The position numbers were made by a program, and so were the translations under genes. A DNA stretch of 64,000 nucleotides, taken from Candidatus Falkowbacteria bacterium. GTDB lineage: Bacteria; Patescibacteriota; Patescibacteriia; CAIXNZ01. Of this stretch, positions 18,005 through 27,585 are shown piece after piece. The first letter of the stretch is position 1; every line of letters starts with the position of its first letter. The notes under the pieces are model-generated. The model was not told where the DNA came from and searched no databases. It saw only the letters and a program-made list of their open reading frames with translations. Where the stretch lies: positions 386,981-450,980 of the forward strand of contig CAVZGV010000003.1 of assembly GCA_963774955.1 (NCBI GenBank), read 5' to 3'.

Positions 18005-18631
18005 TTAATTTTGATTTATTTTTAGTTTGTTTTTTGTCCAGGTACGTTTCCAATGGTCATCTGTTTGTACATGACCTTGCCGTACCCATTTGGCAATTGA
18101 TACATTGAATTCAGACAGTGGGAATGAATCAACCAGTCTGACAACATATCCTTCAATCTGATTTCCAAAATTTGACTTGGGTGGCAAATCGAACTTTTGA
18201 GGAAAAATTCCTTCATATAAAATCGGCACATAGGCCAATCCGAGCTGACAACAGAGAGTTATCGTCTCTTCAACTGACAGGACCATTTTTTTGTTTAAAT
18301 CAATGGCAGAAAACACGAAATACCATTGAGTTAATTGGTCATAAAAAATTGAATGTTTGGCATAAAGATATTCTCCGGAAATTTGGATATTAGCCGGAAT
18401 GTGATATCTAATTTGAGCATGCAAAGACTTGATAAAGCTTTGAGACTGATGGTTCATGTTGTTCTGGCTACGAGCATGGATCCTATCTCTATATAAAGAG
18501 ATATTTTCGCCGTCAAGTTTTTCCATGATGACAACATTTTTACCATTAAAACATGCTTTGGATTTTAATACTTTGTCATCACGAGTAATGCCTGGGGAAT
18601 TGGGCAGATGGTATATTTTGGGCCATTTCAT
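18005..18631 (-). CDS. ATP-dependent RNA ligase (Rnl-type nucleotidyltransferase)
   Basis: Motif I KxDG in VIMEKLDGENISLY. Downstream nucleotidyltransferase motifs: ISGEYLY, EGYVVRL (motif IV-like), KWVR (motif V-like). Terminator hairpin GATCGCGCTAAGTTGTGCGATC plus T-run on the minus strand at ~17980-18004. Confidence 0.6.
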   Translation of the reverse strand: MKWPKIYHLPNSPGITRDDKVLKSKACFNGKNVVIMEKLDGENISLYRDRIHARSQNNMNHQSQSFIKSLHAQIRYHIPANIQISGEYLYAKHSIFYDQLTQWYFVFSAIDLNKKMVLSVEETITLCCQLGLAYVPILYEGIFPQKFDLPPKSNFGNQIEGYVVRLVDSFPLSEFNVSIAKWVRQGHVQTDDHWKRTWTKNKLKINQN

Positions 18632-18852
18632 TATAATAACCTCCTGAAATTTTAAGGTTCATACTGATTATTTAATTTAGCATAGTAATTGTATTTTGTC
18701 AATTATGATTGATTGGTCAAACTGTTAAAATTCGTGTAAAATAACATTATATTTTAATATGATCGAAAATAAAGAAAAATTTAATATGCAGCCCGCCTTC
18801 GCTCTTCATGCTTCAGAGCTACGGCGGACTCCTTGGTTAAGAAATCAAAGTT

Positions 18853-21819
18853 ATGAAAGAAAATAGCAAATTTAATTTGCAGCAGCAAAAGGCCATTACC
18901 TTTGGTAACGGGCCGCTTTTGATTGTGGCCGGAGCCGGCACAGGCAAGACTATGGTTATTACCCAAAGGATTTCTCATTTGATTTTGGATAAAAAAGTAA
19001 ATACAGACGCGATTTTGGCTTTGACTTTTACTGAAAAAGCAGCCGGAGAAATGCAGGAACGCGTGGATAAACTTATGCCGATCGGCTATGTTGATCTGTG
19101 GATTTCCACCTTTCATTCTTTTTGTCAGAAAATGCTGGAACAGCATGCTTTGGATATTGGCATACCCAATGATTTTAAATTACTGGATCAGACTGCAGCC
19201 TGGCTTTTGGTCCGTCAAAATTTGGACAAGTTTAATTTGGATTATTATAAACCCTTAGGCAATCCGACTAAATTTATTCATGCGCTTTTGACTCATTTTT
19301 CCCGCTGTAAAGACGAGGAAATTTATCCGGCTCAATATTTGGAGTATGCGGAAAAACAGGAATTGGATCTGGATAGTAAACAAGGTGATGAAAGTTTAGT
19401 TGACGAAGTTAGGCGGCTGAAAGAAATTGCTAATGCTTATCATGTGTATCAACAATTACTTTTGGATAATAATGCTCTGGATTTTGGCGATCTGATAAAT
19501 TATACCTTGAAATTGTTCAATCAGCGCAAAAATATTTTAAAAAAATATCAGGAGCAGTTTGAATATATTTTGGTTGATGAATTTCAGGACACAAATTTTG
19601 CTCAATACAATCTGGTTAAACTTTTGGCAGGGGACAAGAAGAATTTGACAGTGGTGGCTGATGATGATCAGTCCATCTATAAATTCCGCGGGGCTTCGGT
19701 GTCCAATATTTTACAGTTTAAAAAAGATTATCCGGAGGCTGTCGATATTGTGCTGACCGAAAATTACCGTTCCTGTCAGGAGATTCTGGACTTAGCCTAT
19801 AATTTTATCCAGCAGAATAATCCCAATCGGCTGGAAGCGCAAAAAGGTTCTAAGATTAAGAAAAAACTTAAGGCCAATAAAGATTGTTCAGCGCAAATTG
19901 AACATCTGCATTTTACGGCGCTTGATGATGAAGTCAGGGGAGTGATTCAAAAGATATTAGATATTAAAAAGAAAGATAAGGATGTTTCTTGGCAGGATTT
20001 TGCTATTTTAGTGCGCGCCAATGACAGCGCCACCAGTTTTATTAATTTTTTGCGCAAAACTAATGTGCCTTATCAGTTTGTGGCCATGCGCGGTCTGTAC
20101 GCTAAAGCGATTATTCTGGATATTATTAATTATTTTAAACTGCTTGATAATTATCATGAAAGCGCCGCTGTTTTTCGGTTACTGCGTTCACCGATAGTAA
20201 ATATTACTGACGAGGAATTAACGAAACTGTGTCATTTTGCTAATAAGAAAAATTTCTCTTTATATGAAGCTTTAAAAATTGCCTCTACGGTTTTTGGCGT
20301 TTCAACCGAAACAATTTCTCAGATTAATTTCTTTTTATCTCTGATTGAAAAGCATACCGCGTTATCCCGGGAAAAAACAGTCGGGGAAGTCATGCTGGCC
20401 TTTATGCAGGATTCCAAGTATCTGGAAAAAATTCTTCAGGCTGATGAGGCAATTGCCAAACAAAATGCGGATTATTTAAACCAGTTTTATAACCGCATTA
20501 AAAAATTTGAAGAAAGTACTAATGACCCATCTTTGCAAAATTTTATGGCGGAAATGGAACTGGAATTGGAATCAGGTGAAGCCGGTTCATTGAAGTTTGA
20601 TCTTGAACTCGGTCCTGATGTGATCAAAATTATGACCGTGCATGCGGCTAAGGGTTTGGAATTTGAATATGTGTTTATTCCCAATATGGTGGATCAGCGT
20701 TTTCCGACCAATAAAAGGGGAGAGCCGATTGAAATTCCTGAGCCTTTGATTAAGGATATTTTGCCTGAAGGCGATTTTCATATCCAGGAAGAAAGACGTT
20801 TATTTTATGTGGCCATGACTCGCGCCAAAAAAGGTTTATTTTTTACCTCGGCTGATGATTACGGCGGTGCCAGAACCAAAAAATTATCGCGGTTTCTGGT
20901 GGAACTGGAAGAAACCAATAAAGGCTTCAAATTGGACAAGAAAGTTACCAAGCAAGAAAAGGAAGTTCAAGCAGTGGCCGAACCGGTTGCGGCTAAAAAA
21001 ATTAAAGCCGGTTTTGAAATTCCCAAACAGTTTTCTTTTTCCCAGATCGCGGCTTTTCAAAAATGTCCTTATCAGTATAAATTGTCATTTATTTATAAAA
21101 TCCCGGTTTTTGGCAAGGGAGTTTTTTCCTATGGCAAAAGCATGCACTCGGCTTTACAGAAGTTTTTTGTTTTAGCCAATCAGAGAGTTACCACAAATCA
21201 GGCTGATTTGTTTAGCCCCAAAGATAAAGTTAAATCCAAAAAAATCGGGGCCCTGGTCAGTTTGGAAGAATTTAAAAAGATTTTTGAGGAATCCTGGCTG
21301 GATGAATGGTACAACAGTAAAGAAGACAAGGAAAAATACTGGCTCAAGGGTCGGGAATTTATCAAATTGTTTTATGACGCCAATAAAGATAAGGACTTGA
21401 TGACCCTAGCCTTGGAAAAAGGCTTTAATATCAAGTTGGCCAAGGAATACACCATTCGCGGGTTTATTGACCGTTTGGATTTACTGCCTGATCAGACCGT
21501 TGAATTAATTGACTATAAAACCGGAAATCCCAAGGAAAAATTAACTGCGGAAGAAAAGACTCAGTTGCTCTTATATCAATTGGCTTGTTTGAATTTACCG
21601 GAAATTACCGGCGGGCATAAGGTTTCCAAATTGACTTTTTATTATATTGATAATAATTCTCAGTTGTCATTTCTGGGCACAGACAAGGAACTGGATAAGG
21701 TTGAGGCTGAATTCAGTCAGGCCATTAAGGCCATTAAAACCAGTAAGTTTGAAGCCCAGCCAGAACAGCATAAGTGTAATTTCTGTGATTTTAAGAATAT
21801 CTGCGAATTTCGGGTCTAA
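18853..21819 (+). CDS. UvrD/PcrA-family SF1 helicase fused to a C-terminal PD-(D/E)XK nuclease with a Cys cluster (AddA/Cas4-like architecture)
   Basis: Walker A GAGTGKT. UvrD motifs FQDTN, VVADDDQSIY, TVHAAKGLEF, ends of domain at YVAMTRAK. C-terminal block …CPYQYKL…IDRLD…LIDYKTG…QLLLYQL…CNFCDFKNIC. Confidence 0.75.
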   Translation: MKENSKFNLQQQKAITFGNGPLLIVAGAGTGKTMVITQRISHLILDKKVNTDAILALTFTEKAAGEMQERVDKLMPIGYVDLWISTFHSFCQKMLEQHALDIGIPNDFKLLDQTAAWLLVRQNLDKFNLDYYKPLGNPTKFIHALLTHFSRCKDEEIYPAQYLEYAEKQELDLDSKQGDESLVDEVRRLKEIANAYHVYQQLLLDNNALDFGDLINYTLKLFNQRKNILKKYQEQFEYILVDEFQDTNFAQYNLVKLLAGDKKNLTVVADDDQSIYKFRGASVSNILQFKKDYPEAVDIVLTENYRSCQEILDLAYNFIQQNNPNRLEAQKGSKIKKKLKANKDCSAQIEHLHFTALDDEVRGVIQKILDIKKKDKDVSWQDFAILVRANDSATSFINFLRKTNVPYQFVAMRGLYAKAIILDIINYFKLLDNYHESAAVFRLLRSPIVNITDEELTKLCHFANKKNFSLYEALKIASTVFGVSTETISQINFFLSLIEKHTALSREKTVGEVMLAFMQDSKYLEKILQADEAIAKQNADYLNQFYNRIKKFEESTNDPSLQNFMAEMELELESGEAGSLKFDLELGPDVIKIMTVHAAKGLEFEYVFIPNMVDQRFPTNKRGEPIEIPEPLIKDILPEGDFHIQEERRLFYVAMTRAKKGLFFTSADDYGGARTKKLSRFLVELEETNKGFKLDKKVTKQEKEVQAVAEPVAAKKIKAGFEIPKQFSFSQIAAFQKCPYQYKLSFIYKIPVFGKGVFSYGKSMHSALQKFFVLANQRVTTNQADLFSPKDKVKSKKIGALVSLEEFKKIFEESWLDEWYNSKEDKEKYWLKGREFIKLFYDANKDKDLMTLALEKGFNIKLAKEYTIRGFIDRLDLLPDQTVELIDYKTGNPKEKLTAEEKTQLLLYQLACLNLPEITGGHKVSKLTFYYIDNNSQLSFLGTDKELDKVEAEFSQAIKAIKTSKFEAQPEQHKCNFCDFKNICEFRV

Positions 21820-21822
21820 AAG

Positions 21823-21848
21823 TCAGCGCCTTAGCCGCTGGCTTTTTT
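21823..21848 (+). terminator. rho-independent terminator
   Basis: CAGCGCCTTAGCCGCTGGC followed by TTTTTT, then the TTTTTGTCC x2 motif. Confidence 0.55.
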
Positions 21849-21911
21849 GTCCTTTTTTGTCCTTAGGCAAGAAATCCGCAAAAAGCTATGATTTAAGCAT
21901 AATCAAATAAC

Positions 21912-23306
21912 TTGAATAGTATGAAAAAATGCTATCTTTTAATTTTGTTTTTGCTGGTTATTTTGGCTGGTTGCCAATCTCCCGAAGAACCGTTGAGTCA
22001 GAATTTAAAATCCGTCGAAAAGAAAGATGCGCCAGCAGTTGTTAGCGCTAATAAAGATATTGGTCCTGATAAAGAGGAGTCGTTAAGTAAAATAATCTCA
22101 AATTTTTACGATGTTTATAATAATAAGGACTTTGATAAATTGGCTGTTTTTTTTGCCCCGCAGGTCAAGCAGTATATAAGTTTAAAGAACACTACGCCCG
22201 AGGCTATTGTCAGTGACGCCAAGGAGTTTTTTAAAGACAAAGATCCCGTCAAATACGAACCTTTTTTAAAGGCCATGGAAATAAATGGTAAGAACGTACG
22301 TTTAGGTTTGCATATGTCTTCGAGTTGGATAAAGAAAGCCTCGGGAGATGTCGGATATGATACACTGACTGATTCCAGCGTTTATGTGGTAGTCAGTCTG
22401 GATTTTGATGAAAATAATAAAATTGACAACTATACTGAAGAATATATTGTCAGACCGCAGATAAAATTAATTAAGGCCCAGGAACTTGAACCGGTTGCGG
22501 CTGGCGATGACAAGATTAAAGTTCCTGCCGGCACAATTGTATCCAGTAATTTTCAAAGTAGGACGTTTGAGACTGTTTCCTGGTGGAAGATGTATCAGAC
22601 GATGGTAGTTTACAAGGGTGAAAAATATTGGGCGACTTCTTTTACTTATCATGCTGCTGATTATGACAATACGGCTGAATATTATTTAGAAGATTCCACG
22701 GTCAGCTTGCCCGATAATTACAAAAAGTATTTTAAATATAATTATTACCTAGACAAAGAGATCAAAGACGAGAAGGAAAATTATTCTTTGATGGTATTTG
22801 ATCCTGATACTTTCGCACCCAAAGAAGTCTATGCTTTTAGCAATTCCGAAGGCGACCGTTTTGAATTGGGCGATCTGTTCGGAGGTAAAATTTTGGAAAT
22901 AGCTGTCATCTGGGTCCCGTCTTATATCAACCCAAGATGCTTTAACGTGGAGACTCGAGAATTTTTACCCATCGAACACTCCCGGGGAGTGACCTTGGTC
23001 GGTAACAACTTTTATTTTCTGCAGTTTCATGATGCTCCGTTTAACGTCCATTATTACTACGGCGATGAGGTTGACCGGGGCGGATATTATGATGAACTAC
23101 TGATGATAAACATTAAGGACAATAAAATTAAAGATGTATACAAGGCGAATTTCGGGACCTTGGGAATTAAGGCAATTACTGATACCCAAATTGTTTTAAC
23201 AGAAACATTATTTGATAATGCTAAAGAATTAAATTACCAATCGACACCTGAGGAGGTTAACTCTGTGTTTTTGGGGGAGAAAGACGTTGTTATACCTTTA
23301 GATTAA
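21912..23306 (+). CDS. hypothetical lipoprotein
   Basis: Lipobox LVILAGCQSP. 464 aa, no assignable domain. Confidence 0.55.
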   Translation: MNSMKKCYLLILFLLVILAGCQSPEEPLSQNLKSVEKKDAPAVVSANKDIGPDKEESLSKIISNFYDVYNNKDFDKLAVFFAPQVKQYISLKNTTPEAIVSDAKEFFKDKDPVKYEPFLKAMEINGKNVRLGLHMSSSWIKKASGDVGYDTLTDSSVYVVVSLDFDENNKIDNYTEEYIVRPQIKLIKAQELEPVAAGDDKIKVPAGTIVSSNFQSRTFETVSWWKMYQTMVVYKGEKYWATSFTYHAADYDNTAEYYLEDSTVSLPDNYKKYFKYNYYLDKEIKDEKENYSLMVFDPDTFAPKEVYAFSNSEGDRFELGDLFGGKILEIAVIWVPSYINPRCFNVETREFLPIEHSRGVTLVGNNFYFLQFHDAPFNVHYYYGDEVDRGGYYDELLMINIKDNKIKDVYKANFGTLGIKAITDTQIVLTETLFDNAKELNYQSTPEEVNSVFLGEKDVVIPLD

Positions 23307-23324
23307 TATTTATAAAATAAGTTT

Positions 23325-24473
23325 ATGAAAAAATTATATTTACTTTCATTAATTGTCCTGACCCTGGTTTTAACCGGTTGTCTGAATGATAAAGTTGGTC
23401 AGCCTTTAGCAGTCGGAGATTCCCTGAATTTTGATCAGTCATTGGTTATTAATCAGCAGCCGGCCGAGAATGTAGAAATTCCCAGCGTTTTTAAGCCGGG
23501 TGACAAGGCTAAGGTTTTTCCCGAATTAATTAACGGACCCGAAGATATTAGCCAGTTTGACAAGATTGGAGATTATTATATTTTACAGACTGAAAAAATC
23601 GGCGAGCGCAATATTTATCTTTTGGCGCAGAATTATAAGATCGAAAAAGTTGAAGCCTGGTTCGGGGCGCCTACGGGCATAACCCAGACAGGAACATTTT
23701 ATTTTTATCAGGGTGATATCAATCAGTTTAATCAGGATAAGGTTGTTAAGATAGGGGACTTTAATTTTACCGGCAGAAAAATATATTCTAGTCTGAATCA
23801 GCTTAAAAGCAGCAAGTATCAGAATGAACATTTTGTTATGATTGAACAGTATGAAATGAATAATTTTTCCAGATTTTATTTTTGGCTGGTGAAAGCCGAT
23901 TCAATAACGCCGGTTAAATTTAACGACTATAATTCAGTGATGTCGGGTTGGACATTCAATAGTATTGAATTTAATGATTTGTATATTACAACATATGGTT
24001 ATTGGGGTGGCCAGCCTTTTGATTACAGCGAAACTTTTGATGACTGGTACTGGGATGGCAGTAATTTTGAACTGATTATGCGCAAAACTATCATCAGCAA
24101 ATTAGAACATAAATATTCATTCTTTACTTCCCAAGATAAGCAAAAACCTACCTGGGAAGTAACCTGGCCTTTTGACAGCATTATTGTTGACTACTTTTTA
24201 ACTTCCGACCGAAATAAGCTGGTCTATGTAGAGACAGTAGCAGGCGGTGATGCCATTAAAATTCGCAATCTGAAGACTGGTTTAGAACAGCCTATAATTT
24301 CGGAGCCGGAAACAGTCTATGAGTTTATTAATGATAAATGTACTGATAAGCTTATATATTATGCGGCAACAGGATTTGACAGCCCGCCCTTTGAGTATCA
24401 ATACAATCTGGAGACTGGGGAGATTATTTATACGCATAATCTTGATCAATATTTTGAAAGATTTAAATTTTAA
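23325..24473 (+). CDS. hypothetical lipoprotein
   Basis: Lipobox LVLTGCLND. 382 aa. Terminator GCCCCGCGTCGCGGGGC plus T7 at 24488-24511. Confidence 0.55.
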   Translation: MKKLYLLSLIVLTLVLTGCLNDKVGQPLAVGDSLNFDQSLVINQQPAENVEIPSVFKPGDKAKVFPELINGPEDISQFDKIGDYYILQTEKIGERNIYLLAQNYKIEKVEAWFGAPTGITQTGTFYFYQGDINQFNQDKVVKIGDFNFTGRKIYSSLNQLKSSKYQNEHFVMIEQYEMNNFSRFYFWLVKADSITPVKFNDYNSVMSGWTFNSIEFNDLYITTYGYWGGQPFDYSETFDDWYWDGSNFELIMRKTIISKLEHKYSFFTSQDKQKPTWEVTWPFDSIIVDYFLTSDRNKLVYVETVAGGDAIKIRNLKTGLEQPIISEPETVYEFINDKCTDKLIYYAATGFDSPPFEYQYNLETGEIIYTHNLDQYFERFKF

Positions 24474-24576
24474 ATTATAGCCTAATAGCCCCGCGTCGCG
24501 GGGCTTTTTTTGTACGACACCTTGACAAATACTTTGTTTTTGCTAAGATCAAATATCAGGTAAAGGAGGTGCCAAA

Positions 24577-24843
24577 GTGAACAACGGCAAACAGCGGAAA
24601 AGGCATGGTATGGCCAATCTGGTAAAATATAGTTTAACAGTAGATGGCAAAAGGCTGCTGCTGACTTCTGATGAGCTGGCTGAAATTCAGTCGGTCAAAA
24701 ATGAAATGGAAGAGAATAACCCCAGCATGACTCTGGCCATCGAAAATTTCGGGGTCAGGCCGGATCCCAAAACATCTTTCGGCTGTCAATATCGTGATTT
24801 TAAAAAAGTCAGGGGCTATTCGCTCTGGCAGGTGCTCAAATAA
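24577..24843 (+). CDS. hypothetical small protein
   Basis: RBS AAAGGAGG then GTG start (per ORF track). TTGACA-type promoter at ~24521. Terminator at ~24842-24870. Confidence 0.4.
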   Translation: MNNGKQRKRHGMANLVKYSLTVDGKRLLLTSDELAEIQSVKNEMEENNPSMTLAIENFGVRPDPKTSFGCQYRDFKKVRGYSLWQVLK

Positions 24844-24993
24844 AGCGTTCCGAGGTACGGAATGCTTTTTATTTTAATTTATAATAAAAGCGGTTGACTA
24901 AGGCCATGAAATAGTATAAATTAATTTCCAGTACCTTCTACAAAATCAGGCTACACTTTTTAGCAGCTTTAGTGGACGAAAGGAGATAATATT

Positions 24994-25779
24994 ATGAGTG
25001 AGACGGAATATACCCGTGTAAGTAATTTTGAAATCGTTGATAAGTGGGGCAGTTTCACAACCCTGGAAGAACGGCGTTTTTATCTGAAACGTCTGGTCAG
25101 ATTCGAGTCGGATAATATGATCAGAAATTCTGAAATTATTCCCGGCGGTTACGACCTGCACACTTCCAACCTTTTTAGCGTGAATGAGAACTCTATTGAC
25201 ACCTTGGTCAGATATCAGCTTGATGTTTTGGATGAAGTCTGGGCTTTGCCGCCCAATATCAGGTTTCAATCCGAAGCATGGCAGATTTTACAGGCAGCGA
25301 TGATCCCTATGTCGCGGGAATTCAAAATTCATCTGCAGCCAAGAGAAGACTTTGTGCCCGTGGTTGTCAGTCGCCTGGTGGAACTGATTATGTCTGACAG
25401 TTTTTTACAGCAAAACATCATTGCTTTCAAATGCAAGGTTATTTTTCAGAGCCGTGAACCAGAGTATAACCGGGCAATTATCATCATCTATTTGTCTTTG
25501 CTGGAAAAACGCAAAATGGCCAGACAAATGTGCGCTCTGGTTCTGCGCAAACTTAAGGACGGACTGGCTGAATATGAAGCTTACTCCAACGGCAAGTTGC
25601 CGATTATAAATTTTCCGGTAACAGATCTGATGTCTTTTATTCAGATCGGCACTGACACTAAGTTTCGGCTGTACAAGATTTTGGGCGAAAAAAGGTTTAA
25701 TCAGCTTTTTCCGGTCGAATTTCATCAGGCGTTATTGATGGATGAAAAACCGGAATATTTTTTGGGACAGGATCCCTAA
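24994..25779 (+). CDS. hypothetical protein
   Basis: RBS AAAGGAGA. 261 aa, no recognisable motif. Confidence 0.5.
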   Translation: MSETEYTRVSNFEIVDKWGSFTTLEERRFYLKRLVRFESDNMIRNSEIIPGGYDLHTSNLFSVNENSIDTLVRYQLDVLDEVWALPPNIRFQSEAWQILQAAMIPMSREFKIHLQPREDFVPVVVSRLVELIMSDSFLQQNIIAFKCKVIFQSREPEYNRAIIIIYLSLLEKRKMARQMCALVLRKLKDGLAEYEAYSNGKLPIINFPVTDLMSFIQIGTDTKFRLYKILGEKRFNQLFPVEFHQALLMDEKPEYFLGQDP

Positions 25780-25840
25780 ACACCTGCAGAGGAACATTGA
25801 TTAATGTCGGGCGTTTTTCTTTCTTGAAAAGGAGGTAACC

Positions 25841-26179
25841 ATGGCTACTGAAGAAGAAGATAAAAGTGCATTTGATCTTTTAATGGCTTATCATGAAGGT
25901 GAAAAAACTCAAGCCCAGCTGAAAAAAATCGTTTTACAGCTGGCTGAACTTTTAGCCTTGTTCCCTGACTGGCCGGAAAATTTGGACTGGCTGACTTGTG
26001 ATGCTGCCTTGACTTATGTTAAGTCAAAAAACCGGGAAGATCATGAATTAGCCGTCTTTGAAGCTCATTGCGGAGACTGCAAATTTTGCCGGCAACATCA
26101 GAAGGAAATTTTTTTCCTTGTTTACAGGCAAAGCCCCCAGGAACTGGCTTTATTAGCCAAGATGATCATGAACGAATAA
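25841..26179 (+). CDS. hypothetical protein with a C-terminal HCGDCKFC…H cluster
   Basis: RBS AAAGGAGG. Terminator CAAGCGCCCAGTA…TACTGGGCGCTTTTT at 26183-26218. Confidence 0.5.
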   Translation: MATEEEDKSAFDLLMAYHEGEKTQAQLKKIVLQLAELLALFPDWPENLDWLTCDAALTYVKSKNREDHELAVFEAHCGDCKFCRQHQKEIFFLVYRQSPQELALLAKMIMNE

Positions 26180-26219
26180 CCAAGCGCCCAGTACCATAAT
26201 GATACTGGGCGCTTTTTAT

Positions 26220-26612
26220 AATATTTATGGTACAGGGTGTGTGCGTTTAGATCGAAGCTATCGGGACAACGCGTTATAATACATTAAATATAAAAAAATT
26301 GGTTAACAAAGAAAATAGTATTTAAACCAAAATTCAATAAATTACGCCTTCGGCGACTTACTTTTTTATAACTAAAAAAGTAAGCAAAAAAGTTTTGGGG
26401 GTCCTCAATGCGCTAGTTCTTATAGCTCGTTTGTAGTATTAATAGCGACGCTTATTCGGCCCCCCAAACCCCCAGGGAGGGTTGAAATACGTCAGTGCAA
26501 TTATATTAATCAAAACGTTTAGCTCCGCGATTCGGGGCAAGATAAATACCCACGGCTATTTTGCCGGCGGTAGCTTATTGACATAAAGTAGGGCTTATGA
26601 TAATTTATTATA
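26220..26612. other. ~390-nt non-coding structured region; candidate ncRNA or leader
   Basis: No ORF with an RBS. Perfect hairpin CTTACTTTTTT-ATAACT-AAAAAAGTAAG (26358-26390). UUCG-tetraloop hairpin CGCCTTCGGCG (~26341-26351). Long-range pairing TTTGGGGGTCC (26392-26403) with GGCCCCCCAAA (26457-26467), then CCCCCAGGGAGGG. Confidence 0.3.
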
Positions 26613-26642
26613 TTGATTCAAGTATTTAAGGAGGACATTGAA

Positions 26643-27092
26643 ATGAAAGATGAAGGCTTTCGTCCATTTGTAAATTCAGCCGTGGTTGGCGGCATATTGT
26701 GGCTAATCAGTGGCGGGATTGTCCATGCCTATTTAGTCTGTCTTGACTGGACTGCAATGGGGCAGAATGCAACCATTATCATTACCAGCCAGCAAATTTG
26801 TTTCGTCATCCTGTGCGGATTTGTTCTGGGCTTGGCAGTGGAAATCGGAAAGTTTATCGGCGCACTTTTTGAATCACCGGGTTCAGTACTTTTACTGCCT
26901 GGTATTGCCGGTGCCATAATCGGCGGTTTGCAGGGAAAATATATTGCCGCTGATTGGCTGAACTCTTCTGGGAATTTGCTGTTTCGGCCGGAAAATATCC
27001 GCATTTTATCCGGGGCAATCATCGGTTTTATTATCAGTTATCCCATTGTCATTGGGGGTATTATCAGCCGGCAGAAGGGACGTCCTTATTAA
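26643..27092 (+). CDS. hypothetical polytopic membrane protein
   Basis: RBS AAGGAGG precedes ATG 26643 (MKDEGF…). About four Gly-rich TM helices. Confidence 0.5.
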   Translation: MKDEGFRPFVNSAVVGGILWLISGGIVHAYLVCLDWTAMGQNATIIITSQQICFVILCGFVLGLAVEIGKFIGALFESPGSVLLLPGIAGAIIGGLQGKYIAADWLNSSGNLLFRPENIRILSGAIIGFIISYPIVIGGIISRQKGRPY

Positions 27093-27102
27093 GGAGGGAA
27101 CA

Positions 27103-27405
27103 ATGGCTAAAAAAAGTTTACCGAACTGCCATAACTGGCCCTTGGTTGAATGGGGAGAAATTCCTGAAGCCTGCTATCATGATATTACTGTCAGTTACTG
27201 GGTTTGTCCTAAATGCAAGGACATTCTGGCTGAAATTAATTGCCCGGGCGGTCAGCGTTTTCATTGCGATGATTGTCGTCGAAAAAGAAAATGCCGACGC
27301 CTTTTGACCAAACAGGGCAAAATTACCATCTTTACCTGTGCCAATGACCATGAATGCCGGCAGCCGCTGACAGATGAAGAACATCGTAAGGTTTTTGAAT
27401 ACTGA
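27103..27405 (+). CDS. small Cys-rich (zinc-ribbon-like) protein
   Basis: RBS AAGGAGGG precedes ATG 27103 (MAKKSLPNCHNWP…CPKCKD…CPGGQRFHCDDCRRKRKCRR…CANDHEC). Terminator at 27412-27440. Confidence 0.5.
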   Translation: MAKKSLPNCHNWPLVEWGEIPEACYHDITVSYWVCPKCKDILAEINCPGGQRFHCDDCRRKRKCRRLLTKQGKITIFTCANDHECRQPLTDEEHRKVFEY

Positions 27406-27585
27406 ATTTAAGCCGTCCCTGAATACAGGGGCGGCTTTTTAATATGCTTGACAACATATTGTCCATATAGTAAATTACTATATCAGTTATTTGATAATTC
27501 ATTCAAGGGGAATTTATATAGAGGAGCAAGGGTGGGTATTGGGTCAAGTTAAAACAGTCGTACGCAAACCGCAAAGGAGTCAGTT

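Noticed and set aside
26220-26612. tRNA / tmRNA / RNase P / SRP RNA
   Set aside because: I looked for T-loop GGTTCGA(A/T)TCC, RNase P CR-I GGAAAGTCCGG and SRP GGAAGCAGCC-type signatures here and at 12225-12450 and found none. Both regions are left as unclassified structured elements.
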